IMG/VR virus record: IMGVR_UViG_3300023179_000009
Span: 372,001 to 436,000 of that record
Reading direction: 5' to 3' (one strand)
DNA length: 64,000 bases
Positions 54,680 through 64,000 of the stretch are shown here, one piece after another; position 1 is the first letter of the stretch, and each line of letters begins with the position of its first letter. A program made the translations under genes and the position numbers. Under the pieces are notes generated by a model that was not told the DNA's origin, searched no databases, and worked only from the letters and a program-made list of their open reading frames with translations.

Positions 54680-56121
54680 GAAATAAATTTTCTTTGTAAT
54701 TTTCCATTTACAATTTCAAAGGGAGCGTTTGCATTTTGGGAAACTTGATTTGTTTCTTTTAAATAGTTTAAAGCATCCATTGCACCCACTATGTCCTCTT
54801 CTTCGGTTGTTGATAGGGAGTCGTAAATATTATTGTTTAGATCATAAAGATAAATTTTTTCGTTTGGAATTTCTACTTCAACATCGTAAAGAAAATTTTG
54901 TTCGGATTGTGAGGAAATTATATAATCTTTTAATTTTATACTCAGGAGATTCGATTTTTTAACAAAAAATTCGTTATTTTCACATTTTGGAGCCGAAAGC
55001 ATTTTCACTTGTGTTGTTAATAAATTTCTTTTCTTAAAAATTTCTTGTATTTTATCTTGATATTTTCCATCCCCCAAGATCATGTCAGCCCACAGTATTG
55101 TTTTTGCTACTGATTGGTAAAATTTAGAGTTTAAAGGAGCGTGTTGCATTGCTTTTAAAACATATTTTAAAGAAATGTCTCTTGATTGTTTTAAAGACTC
55201 CAAACAATCTAAGGAATTTCTTTTGTCTTCGTATATCAAAACTATTAAATCATAAAAAGCACCCAAAAAGATACGACCAAAACTGTGGCACTCAGCCGCA
55301 ATATTATCATCTGTGTTCTCTGCTGGTAAAGAATTTGGATTAACATACTTAAAGTCATTTATTGCAGATCTTAAACAATCTTTATTTCTTCCGGAGTTGG
55401 GCTTCGACAACTTATAAACCGCTTGTCCAAATTGTTCGGCCAAATTTGATATTATGTTTGGCTTTTTCATGTCGCCATTCGTTTGATTAATCGCATATTC
55501 TAATATTTCTTGATGACTCATTATGTTTACAATCGCTATAAAATCAGCGAATGCTTCGTGCATTGACATTATTTCTAAAGACATGGCACTCCAAGTCTCT
55601 GGTCTATAGGCGTCAAGTATTGCGTGTCCTAATTCATGTGCCACAATATCGCTTGAATCGCAAGCAAATAAGGATCCGCCTATTTGTGGATTATTAATAT
55701 AAAAAAATCTCAAGGATTTACGGTCATAGTAAGCATTTAAGTCAACGCCAGCTCTTGGAAAAACTTGTAAAGAAGAAGCCCCAGGCCAGTTTGGTATTTT
55801 TTTATTTGTTTGAGAATTTACAACGTTTAGAGTATTTGAAATTGTAATATAGCAATTTGCTGCTTGTCCTTCCGCCGATATTCTATTATACCCGCCACCT
55901 TTGTATCCTATAATGTTAAAAAATGGAGCATTAGTTTGTTGAGGAGGTATAATTTTTTTTGTTAAAAGTGGAGTAGATGGGTCACTAATCAGGTAGTCTA
56001 CTGGTTTACTATTCGAAACATTTTCTTTTTTAATTATTTTTGTCTCAACCCTGCTTCTTAATATAGAAGAAAAATGTTTTTTAAGGTTAAAATAATTAAT
56101 AAATTTTTCAAATAAATACAT
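54676..56121 (-). CDS. M4/M36 (thermolysin/fungalysin-like) zinc metalloprotease
   Basis: NAYYD, DIVAHELGH, HEAFAD (third ligand), ECHSFG. Confidence 0.88.
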   Translation of the reverse strand: MYLFEKFINYFNLKKHFSSILRSRVETKIIKKENVSNSKPVDYLISDPSTPLLTKKIIPPQQTNAPFFNIIGYKGGGYNRISAEGQAANCYITISNTLNVVNSQTNKKIPNWPGASSLQVFPRAGVDLNAYYDRKSLRFFYINNPQIGGSLFACDSSDIVAHELGHAILDAYRPETWSAMSLEIMSMHEAFADFIAIVNIMSHQEILEYAINQTNGDMKKPNIISNLAEQFGQAVYKLSKPNSGRNKDCLRSAINDFKYVNPNSLPAENTDDNIAAECHSFGRIFLGAFYDLIVLIYEDKRNSLDCLESLKQSRDISLKYVLKAMQHAPLNSKFYQSVAKTILWADMILGDGKYQDKIQEIFKKRNLLTTQVKMLSAPKCENNEFFVKKSNLLSIKLKDYIISSQSEQNFLYDVEVEIPNEKIYLYDLNNNIYDSLSTTEEEDIVGAMDALNYLKETNQVSQNANAPFEIVNGKLQRKFIS

Positions 56122-56166
56122 AATCTAATTCTCCTTTTTTATATTTATAATTACTAATATCCAGTT

Positions 56167-56739
56167 ATGGCGAATCATAAAGAAAACATAATACGTGAAA
56201 AAAGAACGCTTGAAGCAACAAAAAAAAATTTTATGGGGCCATCGGGTAAATTTGGAGTTATCTTGCAAGTTTTTGGAACCCCTGTCGTGAGACAAGGCTC
56301 TGGCTTGTATGAATCAAATTTACTGGAAGATTGCAATAAAATAGATAATGACCATAGCTATGAGTCAACAGCAAGCGGACAGGCTGGGCCATTGATTGAC
56401 AAAGGCGAAATTGGAAATTTAGATTTTGATTTTATTCAAAATGAGGGAGTCTTATTTGATGGATTAAGTAAAGGCGTGCATTTAGAAATTATTTATTGGC
56501 AATCTAGCAATCAATTAAAAGTCTCTTATAAAGGTCGTCTAGTTTATCTAGAAATAGCTGGCGAACTGGAGGGATACGTTCCTTTTGATGAATGGGAAAA
56601 TATAATTAACCGTTTATTTGAAATTTCTAAAAATAAATTAAAAGATAAAAATCTAATTAAAGAAAAAGAACAAAAAGAAACTATAAATAAAAATAAACTT
56701 AAATTTCTGGAAAATATTAAAAATAGATGGGGTATCTAA
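56167..56739 (+). CDS. hypothetical protein
   Basis: 190-aa ORF. Confidence 0.7.
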   Translation: MANHKENIIREKRTLEATKKNFMGPSGKFGVILQVFGTPVVRQGSGLYESNLLEDCNKIDNDHSYESTASGQAGPLIDKGEIGNLDFDFIQNEGVLFDGLSKGVHLEIIYWQSSNQLKVSYKGRLVYLEIAGELEGYVPFDEWENIINRLFEISKNKLKDKNLIKEKEQKETINKNKLKFLENIKNRWGI

Positions 56740-56790
56740 ATATTTAAAATTAAAATCATAAATAAGTTAAACCAAAAGGTAAGGTGAAAA

Positions 56791-57216
56791 ATGTCCGACA
56801 ACAATTCAGAGGATGTAAAAATTGAAGAATTTCAACTAGAGGATGGAAGGCGTGCTGAGAAGCATGTTGTTATAGATGAAAAGGGCGTTGAAGTTGAAGA
56901 GGTTTTTGCAGAGCAAAAACCTGTTCTGAAAATTGAAAAAAGAATTATTCGTGAATCAAAAAATATAGTAGTCAAAGAAATTCATCAAACTTTAAAGGAT
57001 GGAAACGTTGTTGATGAAAATGTTTTTGAAATTAGTCCAGAAGCTTTCAGTTTGACTAAAAAAGAAAAAGTCACAAAAAGTGTTGTAAAGGCTGTTGATT
57101 TAATTGAAGAAAAAGTTGAAAACAAGAATAAAACCAATAATATTGTAAATATTGTATTAGTATCATTGATAGTTTTACAAATTGTATTTTTATTGGGCTA
57201 TTTGCTTTGGAACTAA
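56791..57216 (+). CDS. hypothetical protein with C-terminal transmembrane helix
   Basis: AAGGTG RBS; IVNIVLVSLIVLQIVFLLGYLLW. Confidence 0.7.
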   Translation: MSDNNSEDVKIEEFQLEDGRRAEKHVVIDEKGVEVEEVFAEQKPVLKIEKRIIRESKNIVVKEIHQTLKDGNVVDENVFEISPEAFSLTKKEKVTKSVVKAVDLIEEKVENKNKTNNIVNIVLVSLIVLQIVFLLGYLLWN

Positions 57217-57222
57217 AAACAA

Positions 57223-57254
57223 AAAAAGCAAGCCTTTTTAGGGGCTTGCTTTTT
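57223..57254. terminator. bidirectional intrinsic terminator
   Basis: AAAAAGCAAGCC-ttttta gg-GGCTTGCTTTTT hairpin between convergent genes. Confidence 0.8.
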
Positions 57255-57277
57255 GTTTTCAACAACGAACAAGTTGT

Positions 57278-57604
57278 TCAGTCAACAAACATGGCTGCGA
57301 TTGGGAATCTTTCCAAAGTAGTTGAAGTAACATTCTTTCTCTTGGCTTTTGCAGCAACCTTAAGCCTGCTGTAATCGTTCCATCTTGCAATTCTGTCTTT
57401 TCGATAACTCTTGATCTTTTTCCCAACTTCAGAAATTGTTCTTGACACATTTCCTTCTCTTAGCTCGTAACCCCTGATTTGTTCCTTTGTTTCTTCAACA
57501 ACTAAAACAGTTCTTCTTACAGGGTGACTGTGGTTGCCTTGGTAATAAAACTTTGCAACTGGCAGTCTCGAAACCGGCTCGTAAACTTTATTAACAGTCT
57601 TCAT
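57278..57604 (-). CDS. stand-alone WYL-like domain protein
   Basis: KFYY...RRTV....IRGY...R....KSYRKDRI resembles the WYL F.Y/R.V/R.FR.DRI pattern; AAGGG RBS. Confidence 0.5.
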   Translation of the reverse strand: MKTVNKVYEPVSRLPVAKFYYQGNHSHPVRRTVLVVEETKEQIRGYELREGNVSRTISEVGKKIKSYRKDRIARWNDYSRLKVAAKAKRKNVTSTTLERFPIAAMFVD

Positions 57605-57656
57605 TGAAATCCCTTTTGTTAGTGTTAATGTCCACACGCTTTTGGCGATAAATCAT

Positions 57657-57685
57657 TTTATATTAAAAAATAAATTATTTGTCAA
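57657..57685 (-). promoter_or_regulatory. putative sigma70-type promoter
   Basis: minus strand TTGACA-17 nt-TATAAA(AT). Confidence 0.5.
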
Positions 57686-58134
57686 ACGCATTTTTCTTTA
57701 AGATATGGAAGTATGAATTGGTTAAGTTCCAATGCTGTTTTTTGGCTATCCTGCAATTGATCTTCGTAGAATAAGTGAACGTAAGATTCGTGAGCGTTAC
57801 CCGAATCAGTTGACGTTTCTCGTAATCTCACAGCATACAAGTTTGATACTTCTTGCTCCATTTCTTGAGCATATTTTAAAATTTCAAAAGGACAGGTCAG
57901 GTCTATGGGGAACGGGTTTGCTTCTTGTTGTGGGATGCCGCCTAATTGCACTATAAGACGAGCAAATTCCTCCACGTGCTTGTGTTCTTCAAATGATTCT
58001 TTAATCAAAAACTCAGAGAGTTCCTCTCTGTGGAGACCTTGGATCATTGTGCCTGCTTGCAGGTAAAAAAGCATATGCTTTCTTTCATTTTTTAAATCAT
58101 TTTGAAGCATCAAGATTAAATCGTCATTTTTCAT
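57682..58134 (-). CDS. ferritin/bacterioferritin-like protein
   Basis: LKNE....FY, ESFEEHKH, IVQLGGIP, EMEQEV..LY four-helix bundle pattern. Confidence 0.8.
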   Translation of the reverse strand: MKNDDLILMLQNDLKNERKHMLFYLQAGTMIQGLHREELSEFLIKESFEEHKHVEEFARLIVQLGGIPQQEANPFPIDLTCPFEILKYAQEMEQEVSNLYAVRLRETSTDSGNAHESYVHLFYEDQLQDSQKTALELNQFILPYLKEKCV

Positions 58135-59267
58135 TTTTGTTCCTTGTGATAATGATGATTGAATGGCATCTCTGGGTTGCCGTGATCATGATTGTAATCC
58201 ATTTGTTTAAATTTAGCAAAATTAAATTCGGGGGCAGATTTTGAATTGATAATATTTAAGCCCAACTCAAAAGCATATTTTGTAATTTGTTCTAACCCCT
58301 CATAATTAATTTTATCTGGTGTGTCGTCGGGGGTGTGATAATTAGAGTGAAGACCTGTGTGTAAAAAAGCTATTGGTATTTTTTTGTTGTAAAAAGAAGC
58401 ATGATCTGATCCCCCCGAGGTTCTTCCTGTAATTTTTTTTGCAAATTTGTATTTTTGATTTAAATCATTAATTATTCTACTGACATCGAAGGAACTATCA
58501 CCTTCTGAAAATCCAGCAAAATAATGCCCTTTATCCAAATAACCAACCATGTCTAAATTGATCATAAAAACATGTTTTTTTATATCGGGTTTTTCTTCTG
58601 GGAATAAAGGATTTTCACAATAGTGACGACTGCCAATCAGACCCATCTCTTCTGCTGAGTAGGCTTGAAAAACAACCGTTCTTTTAAGATCTTCTTTTAT
58701 TAAAGAAAACGCTTTTGCCAATTCTATCAAAGCCACTGTTCCAGATGCGTTATCGTCGGCACCTGGATGAACTTCTCTTCTATTTGGGGTTCTACTCATT
58801 GATGGCCCATAACCTATATGGTCCATGTGAGCGCCGATCACTACAATTTCATCCTTAACATTTTTGTCATTTCCTTTTATTATTGCATAAATGTTTTGGG
58901 TAAAGTCATCGCCCGATTCATTTTTTGGTCCGAAATTTGTTTTTCTTATAGAAAATTTTTGATAAAAAGTTTTTAATCCAAAACTTTCAAATTTCTTTTT
59001 TATGAACTCTGCGGCCATTATATTGCCTTTTTTGCCGCTCATTCTTCCTTCTAGTTCATTACTAGATAAATAATCTAAGTCTTGTTTAAGATTTTTTGAT
59101 GAAATTCCAGATATCGCTTGTTCAATTGTGTTTTTTGGTGTGTTATCTATTTTTTCAACTTTTGGTTCATTTGGTTTTATTGGTTTTTCTTTTTTATATT
59201 CAATCAATAGTATTGATACAAAGATGATTGTTGTTACGCAAAATAATATTGGTATTAATTTTTTCAT
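58131..59267 (-). CDS. M28 family aminopeptidase with N-terminal membrane anchor
   Basis: GAHMDH, GADDNASG, AEEMGLIGS, NLDMVG, SDHASF, YHTPDD. Confidence 0.92.
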   Translation of the reverse strand: MKKLIPILFCVTTIIFVSILLIEYKKEKPIKPNEPKVEKIDNTPKNTIEQAISGISSKNLKQDLDYLSSNELEGRMSGKKGNIMAAEFIKKKFESFGLKTFYQKFSIRKTNFGPKNESGDDFTQNIYAIIKGNDKNVKDEIVVIGAHMDHIGYGPSMSRTPNRREVHPGADDNASGTVALIELAKAFSLIKEDLKRTVVFQAYSAEEMGLIGSRHYCENPLFPEEKPDIKKHVFMINLDMVGYLDKGHYFAGFSEGDSSFDVSRIINDLNQKYKFAKKITGRTSGGSDHASFYNKKIPIAFLHTGLHSNYHTPDDTPDKINYEGLEQITKYAFELGLNIINSKSAPEFNFAKFKQMDYNHDHGNPEMPFNHHYHKEQK

Positions 59268-59316
59268 TGTTTGCCTCTAACTAAATTATAGTGTTAAACT
59301 TTTAAATAGAAATTTT

Positions 59317-61143
59317 ATGGGTATAGCTGGGGAAAATATAGATCCCAACTGGAAGATCAAATATAAATCTCTAAAAGAATTTTATAAAAGTGAATATGAT
59401 TCAAAATATTTTACTTTTAACAAATATGAGTTAGAAATTGATCCGTTGGAAAGTTTTGAAGAAGTTGAAGCATATGACTTCAATAAACAAAAAAAAGAAT
59501 TGATGAAGTGTGCTTTGTCATTTTCTTATTTTTGTCACAAATACGTAAAAATTGCACATCCCAAACGAGGATTATTGCCATTTGTTTTGTACAACTACCA
59601 AAGAAGGTGTGTGCAAGAATATGAAAATCATCGATTCAATATATTATCAAAATTCAGACAGGGGGGACTTACAACCGTTACAGTTTTATGGTGCATGTGG
59701 CGATGTATGTTCAAATTAGATGAAACAATAATGGTTTTATCAAAATCTGATCGTGAGGCTATTGCAGCAGGTGAGATAGTTAAACGTGGACTCATAGAGT
59801 TGCCATCTTGGATGAGACCAGATATGGATAAGAATAATGACCATCAAAAATTATTCAATGAAACAGGTTGTAAATTATTTTTCTACACACCAGAGGCTGC
59901 TCGTGGTCGCTCTATTACATATCTTGTTTTGGACGAAGCAGCGTTTATTCCTCAGATGGAGAAACACTGGAAAGCCATGTTTCCCACCATAAGCACTGGT
60001 GGACATTGTATCACAATATCCACGGTTAACGGCGTGGGAAATTGGTATTATGATATTTTTCAAGGAGCAAAGAAAAAAGAAAATGATTTTCATGTAATCG
60101 AATTAGATTATTGGGAACACCCCGAATACAACGACGCCAACTGGGTCAAGGCAACACGAGCGCAACTCGGAGAAAAAGGATGGCTTCAAGAAGTTATGCG
60201 TGACTTTCTTGGTGCTGGAGATTCGTACATCCCGACAGATGTGATTGTGGATTTAGATTTGGTTACCCAGCAAATAGAGCCGATAAGAATGTTGTTTCCT
60301 CAATGGAACAATTTGGAAGAAGCTCGTGAACAGCGAATTACCGATATGGACTCTTGGACCAGGGGGGCCTTTCATATTTGGCGTGAGCCAATTGAAGGAA
60401 GAGACTACATAATGGGGATAGATTGCTCGGCCGGTTTAGGAGAAGACAATGACAACTCTGTTATACAAGTTATAGACGCCGTTACTTGCGAGCAAGTTGC
60501 TGAATTTTATTCCAACTTATGCCCACCTTATAACTTTGCTCAAGTTGTTGCAATGGTGGGGAGACTTTATAACAACGCTCAAATTGTTGTTGAAGACAAT
60601 GGCGGATATGGAACGAGTGTTTTGGAAAAATTACAACATGAATTTTTTTATGAAAATCTTTTTGAATCTTCTCAGGGAACTAACAAAAACCCAAAACCAG
60701 GAATTAAAACAACACATAGTAACCGACCTAAGTTTTTAGAAATGATTCAAACACGATTAGTTAACAAAAGCATGGCGATTAGATCGAGAAGGCTCGTTAA
60801 AGAGCTAAAGGGATTTATTTGGAACACAGCAACGAAACGTGCAGAGGCAACCAAGGGCTTTCACGACGATGCCATTATGGCCTTGTGCTTGGCTCTATAC
60901 GCAAAAGAGTCAAAAAATAGGGGCGTTCCCATGGGGTCTGCTGAGACCGGTGAATCCTATACAGAAACTTATAAAGCTGAAATTTATGAAGAAATAAAAA
61001 AAGAACTATCCAAAGACAGCCCGGATGATTGGATGGAATCTGGGGACGACTATCTTATGGGCAAAATAAACGATTCTGATGCTTCTTTGTATTATAAGTC
61101 CAAACGACCACAAGATGATTTACTTAAAGAATTCGGATGGTAG
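59317..61143 (+). CDS. terL: terminase large subunit (T4 gp17-like)
   Basis: PFVLYNYQ, KFRQGGLTT, LVLDEAAF, ISTVNG, GIDCSAG, VVEDN, GFHDDAIMA. Confidence 0.95.
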   Translation: MGIAGENIDPNWKIKYKSLKEFYKSEYDSKYFTFNKYELEIDPLESFEEVEAYDFNKQKKELMKCALSFSYFCHKYVKIAHPKRGLLPFVLYNYQRRCVQEYENHRFNILSKFRQGGLTTVTVLWCMWRCMFKLDETIMVLSKSDREAIAAGEIVKRGLIELPSWMRPDMDKNNDHQKLFNETGCKLFFYTPEAARGRSITYLVLDEAAFIPQMEKHWKAMFPTISTGGHCITISTVNGVGNWYYDIFQGAKKKENDFHVIELDYWEHPEYNDANWVKATRAQLGEKGWLQEVMRDFLGAGDSYIPTDVIVDLDLVTQQIEPIRMLFPQWNNLEEAREQRITDMDSWTRGAFHIWREPIEGRDYIMGIDCSAGLGEDNDNSVIQVIDAVTCEQVAEFYSNLCPPYNFAQVVAMVGRLYNNAQIVVEDNGGYGTSVLEKLQHEFFYENLFESSQGTNKNPKPGIKTTHSNRPKFLEMIQTRLVNKSMAIRSRRLVKELKGFIWNTATKRAEATKGFHDDAIMALCLALYAKESKNRGVPMGSAETGESYTETYKAEIYEEIKKELSKDSPDDWMESGDDYLMGKINDSDASLYYKSKRPQDDLLKEFGW

Positions 61144-61145
61144 CA

Positions 61146-61484
61146 ATGATTAAAAACAATATTGAAAAAACTAACAATCTTTTGAAACAAATTTTACAAT
61201 TATTGCCAAAAGATAAAAAAGATTTTAATGAAACTAGACTCCATGTAAAGAATGCTATTAAAAGTCTTGATAAGGTAAATCAAAAAATTTTTAAAAAAAA
61301 TAATCAAGCAGAGTCGTGGTGGGCAAATGTTTGTGATGGGGTTTTCAAAAATCAACTGTCTGATAATGCTGATTCTAATTTACAAAAATTAAAAATAATA
61401 GACTCGCTGATCCAGGACCAAAACAAAATTTTGGATAATTCTAAAAAACAAAATATTACAAAAAAAGAATTGCTAAGCGAATAA
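61146..61484 (+). CDS. hypothetical protein
   Basis: ORF directly after terL. Confidence 0.55.
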   Translation: MIKNNIEKTNNLLKQILQLLPKDKKDFNETRLHVKNAIKSLDKVNQKIFKKNNQAESWWANVCDGVFKNQLSDNADSNLQKLKIIDSLIQDQNKILDNSKKQNITKKELLSE

Positions 61485-61520
61485 TATATAAAATCGTATT
61501 ATTTTTTTGGAGTTTATTCT

Positions 61521-62348
61521 ATGGCACTAACATTTTCAGAGTATAAAAAGACAAGAGATCAAAGTAATTTTGATCACAAATTTAACAAACTTTGTGAAGG
61601 CATAGTTTTAAGTAATTTGAGTTTTGAACAATATTGGGAAAATTATGCCATACCAACGCTTTTAGAATCCACTTTTGTTTCGGACGAAGAACAACTGTTG
61701 AATGAATTTTTTGGTTTATTTGGAGGAAAAAAACAAAATAATAACACCAACTCACCAAATTTTGATTTTTTAAATGAGCCAAAACAAACTCCAAAACCTT
61801 ACGGCTCAGGTGTGTCGTCGGTAAATGCCCCAGGCACAGGCGTGTCTTCAACAAATGACCCTGATTTGATACAAAATTATCAAGCGATGCAAAAAGATGC
61901 TCAAGAAAGAAAAAAAGCAGAGCGTTTGGGTCAATTTCAAAAAAACATAGACGCACAAATAGAAACTGTAAAGCAGAGATTCTCAACTGCGATGAAAGAC
62001 TTTTTAAAGGCTATGACAAATGATGCGAAACAAAGCAATGATCCCCACATGTGGAAAATAGCACAAAATTTTTATAAAAAGATACTTTCTGTAGCGCAAC
62101 CTGTTGTGGATGAGTTTAAAATGCAAGCCAGGTACGGCAAGGCTTCGTACAAAGATAATTTTAATAGGCTGACTGATCGCCATCAACAAAAAGTTGGAGA
62201 TTTTTATGGCAATCTAGGCAAGTCTGTCGCTGGTAATACCGTTCCTTCGAATGTCGGTGGAAGTCAATCGCCATCGCCCGCTTCGAATATTGTTATCCCT
62301 GGGCAGCAACCCCAAAAACAACCTCAAAAAATTTGGACGCCCGGTTAA
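61521..62348 (+). CDS. hypothetical protein, putative internal head protein
   Basis: GGAG RBS; MALTFSEYKK start and several LxE sites. Confidence 0.65.
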   Translation: MALTFSEYKKTRDQSNFDHKFNKLCEGIVLSNLSFEQYWENYAIPTLLESTFVSDEEQLLNEFFGLFGGKKQNNNTNSPNFDFLNEPKQTPKPYGSGVSSVNAPGTGVSSTNDPDLIQNYQAMQKDAQERKKAERLGQFQKNIDAQIETVKQRFSTAMKDFLKAMTNDAKQSNDPHMWKIAQNFYKKILSVAQPVVDEFKMQARYGKASYKDNFNRLTDRHQQKVGDFYGNLGKSVAGNTVPSNVGGSQSPSPASNIVIPGQQPQKQPQKIWTPG

Positions 62349-62386
62349 AGAAGTTAAATTTAACACTTTGATTCATTAATATTTCC

Positions 62387-62908
62387 ATGTTAAATGGGAA
62401 ATACGAATACTCATCGGTCCACATAGAAGTTCCTTGTGATTTATCAAAAAAAATCATCAACTGGGGGATAAAAAATATTCAAGATAAAGACCTTCATTAT
62501 TCTAAAAAAAAAGAAGTTAATTTTGGAAGAGAAGATGAAATTCACGTGACAATTTTATATGGGATACACTCTGACTGCCATAAAAAAACAACAAATATAA
62601 TAAAAGATTACGGACAGGTTGACTGTTGTTTGGGAGAAATTCAAATATTTAAAGACCCCGAAGGTTACGATGTGGTTGTTATAGATGTTTTAAGTGAAGA
62701 TTTATTTAAATTAAATGAGTTGATTGTTAAAAACATTAAACACACCAACAAATATAAAACATACAAACCACACGTTACAATAGCCTATGTTAAAAAAAAT
62801 AGAAATTGGGACAAACTAAACAAAGATTTTTTTAAAGATATTAAATTTACTTCAAATCACGCAGTTTTTTCATCTAAAAATGGATTGAAATATGGATTTT
62901 TCCTCTAA
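62387..62908 (+). CDS. 2H phosphoesterase (T4 gp57B/Acb1-like)
   Basis: two HxT motifs: EDEIHVTILYG and YKPHVTIAY. Confidence 0.8.
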   Translation: MLNGKYEYSSVHIEVPCDLSKKIINWGIKNIQDKDLHYSKKKEVNFGREDEIHVTILYGIHSDCHKKTTNIIKDYGQVDCCLGEIQIFKDPEGYDVVVIDVLSEDLFKLNELIVKNIKHTNKYKTYKPHVTIAYVKKNRNWDKLNKDFFKDIKFTSNHAVFSSKNGLKYGFFL

Positions 62909-63304
62909 GGGTGGATTCCACAAAGAAAATGGAGATCTTTTTTTGTATTGTTTCAATCCTTGCACTCTATAGGACCAGTAGTCCTCGGCTTGTTTTTGGC
63001 TATAATTATATTTATTTTTTAATTCTTCTTCGCAATCTTTAAAATCACATGACCAAAATATAATTTTATAATAGTCACATAAATGTTTCATTGTAAAATC
63101 TTTATTATGAAAAATAACGTCCACCCAAATGCTCACAGAACTGTTGCGTCTGTGAATTTGAGATGTGAGCAATGAAACATCTGTTGGGTGTTTGTAGCTA
63201 TTGCCGGTTTGAAAGACTTGAATATAAGAATTTTTTTCTAATAATTTAGATAATTTTTCCCAACCAGAGCCTAGGTGCGTCATTATAAACAATGTGTTGT
63301 ACAT
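62870..63304 (-). CDS. hypothetical protein, weakly sulfotransferase-like N-terminus
   Basis: FIMTHLGSGWEKLSKLLEKNSYI resembles the ...RSGTTLL..LL..HP.I pattern. Confidence 0.4.
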   Translation of the reverse strand: MYNTLFIMTHLGSGWEKLSKLLEKNSYIQVFQTGNSYKHPTDVSLLTSQIHRRNSSVSIWVDVIFHNKDFTMKHLCDYYKIIFWSCDFKDCEEELKNKYNYSQKQAEDYWSYRVQGLKQYKKRSPFSLWNPPLEEKSIFQSIFR

Positions 63305-63387
63305 ACTCTAATACAATAATAGAAATTTAAATTTAAATTAATAACTACTTGAGTCAATTAATTTTTTGACAAGAACGGAGAGATCTA

Positions 63388-64000
63388 ATGTGGTGGGATT
63401 TTTTTAAAGTATTCACATATGCCTTTACTGAAGATCCTTTGTCTGAAAAGAACAAAAATGTGCTTACAGGTGCAGGTGTTTCTCAGCTTGATGCAATACC
63501 TGATTTGAGATCGGGAAATGAAGGATCGATAGGCGGTGGGACATCGATTAGACTAAGAGACACAAATGATTTCGTTGACCTCTCCACTGTAACAAATAGG
63601 ATTCATCGATACAAAGAGTACGAAAGACTCAGGAATATGCCAGAAATTGAGATGGCTATGACTGTGTTTGCAGATGAGACCTGTCTCTCCGGAGATACAA
63701 GAGTTTCTACTCCACAAGGCATGAGAACATTGAAAGATTTGGCAGAAAACGAGAAAGAGAGATTCCTTGTTTATTGTTATGATTTTAAAAAACAAGACTA
63801 CACATTAAGTTGGGCACACAGTGCCAGAAAAACAAAAACAGCCAAAACTATAAAAATCATATTTGATAATGGGGATCATGTCGTATGCACACCAGACCAC
63901 AGAATTCTAAATGCTGAGGCCGAATGGGTTTTGGCCGGAAGTTTAAAAACAGGCGATGAGTTGATGCCATTTTATAGAATTGAAGCAAATCCCGATTTGT
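63388..64000 (+). CDS. portal protein (T4 gp20-like), 5' part, intein-interrupted; runs off the window
   Basis: translated by hand: MWWDFFKVF...NRIHRYKEYERLRNMPEIEMAMTVFADET; GGAG RBS; frame open to the end of the window. Confidence 0.8.
   Translation, partial: MWWDFFKVFTYAFTEDPLSEKNKNVLTGAGVSQLDAIPDLRSGNEGSIGGGTSIRLRDTNDFVDLSTVTNRIHRYKEYERLRNMPEIEMAMTVFADETCLSGDTRVSTPQGMRTLKDLAENEKERFLVYCYDFKKQDYTLSWAHSARKTKTAKTIKIIFDNGDHVVCTPDHRILNAEAEWVLAGSLKTGDELMPFYRIEANPDL
63682..64000 (+). mobile_element. intein (N-terminal splicing region) in the portal gene
   Basis: block A CLSGDTRV, block B VVCTPDHRIL, W..AGSLKTGDEL. Confidence 0.88.

Noticed and set aside
59650-59680. Inactive terminase because Walker A reads RQGGLTT
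   Set aside because: Deviant Walker A motifs with the Lys placed upstream (K-x-RQ-x-G) are common in terminases, and Walker B and the nuclease acidic residues are intact
63553-63795. 80-aa minus-strand ORF
   Set aside because: It is antisense to the portal/intein frame, which has clear motifs

Overview
This window is a 64-kb segment of an AT-rich, gene-dense, T4-like jumbo myophage genome read in the standard code. It is not a bacterial chromosome or a stand-alone eCIS/T6SS. It holds a contractile-tail module: a gp2-like DNA end protector, a 2705-aa repeat-expanded tape measure, and tube-initiator, gp53, hub, gp5/VgrG, gp25, gp6 and gp7-like baseplate genes plus three paralogous PKD fibre-like proteins. 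It also holds a terminase large subunit, the 5' end of an intein-containing portal gene (missing from the ORF track), a primase, a Cas4/PD-(D/E)XK nuclease, HU and a GIY-YIG endonuclease. The accessory load is unusual. It includes a volactin-like actin with flanking small genes, four proteases of four different families (three with N-terminal membrane anchors), a dispersed sugar-modification gene set, and a CCA/poly(A)-polymerase homologue whose catalytic DxD is changed to NxE. It also includes a metallothionein-like Cys peptide, a ferritin-like protein, an Acb1/57B-like 2H phosphoesterase, a hyper-acidic early protein, very Cys-rich baseplate proteins, and a ~150-nt multi-hairpin non-coding element. 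All family calls come from motifs recognised by eye; no searches were run.
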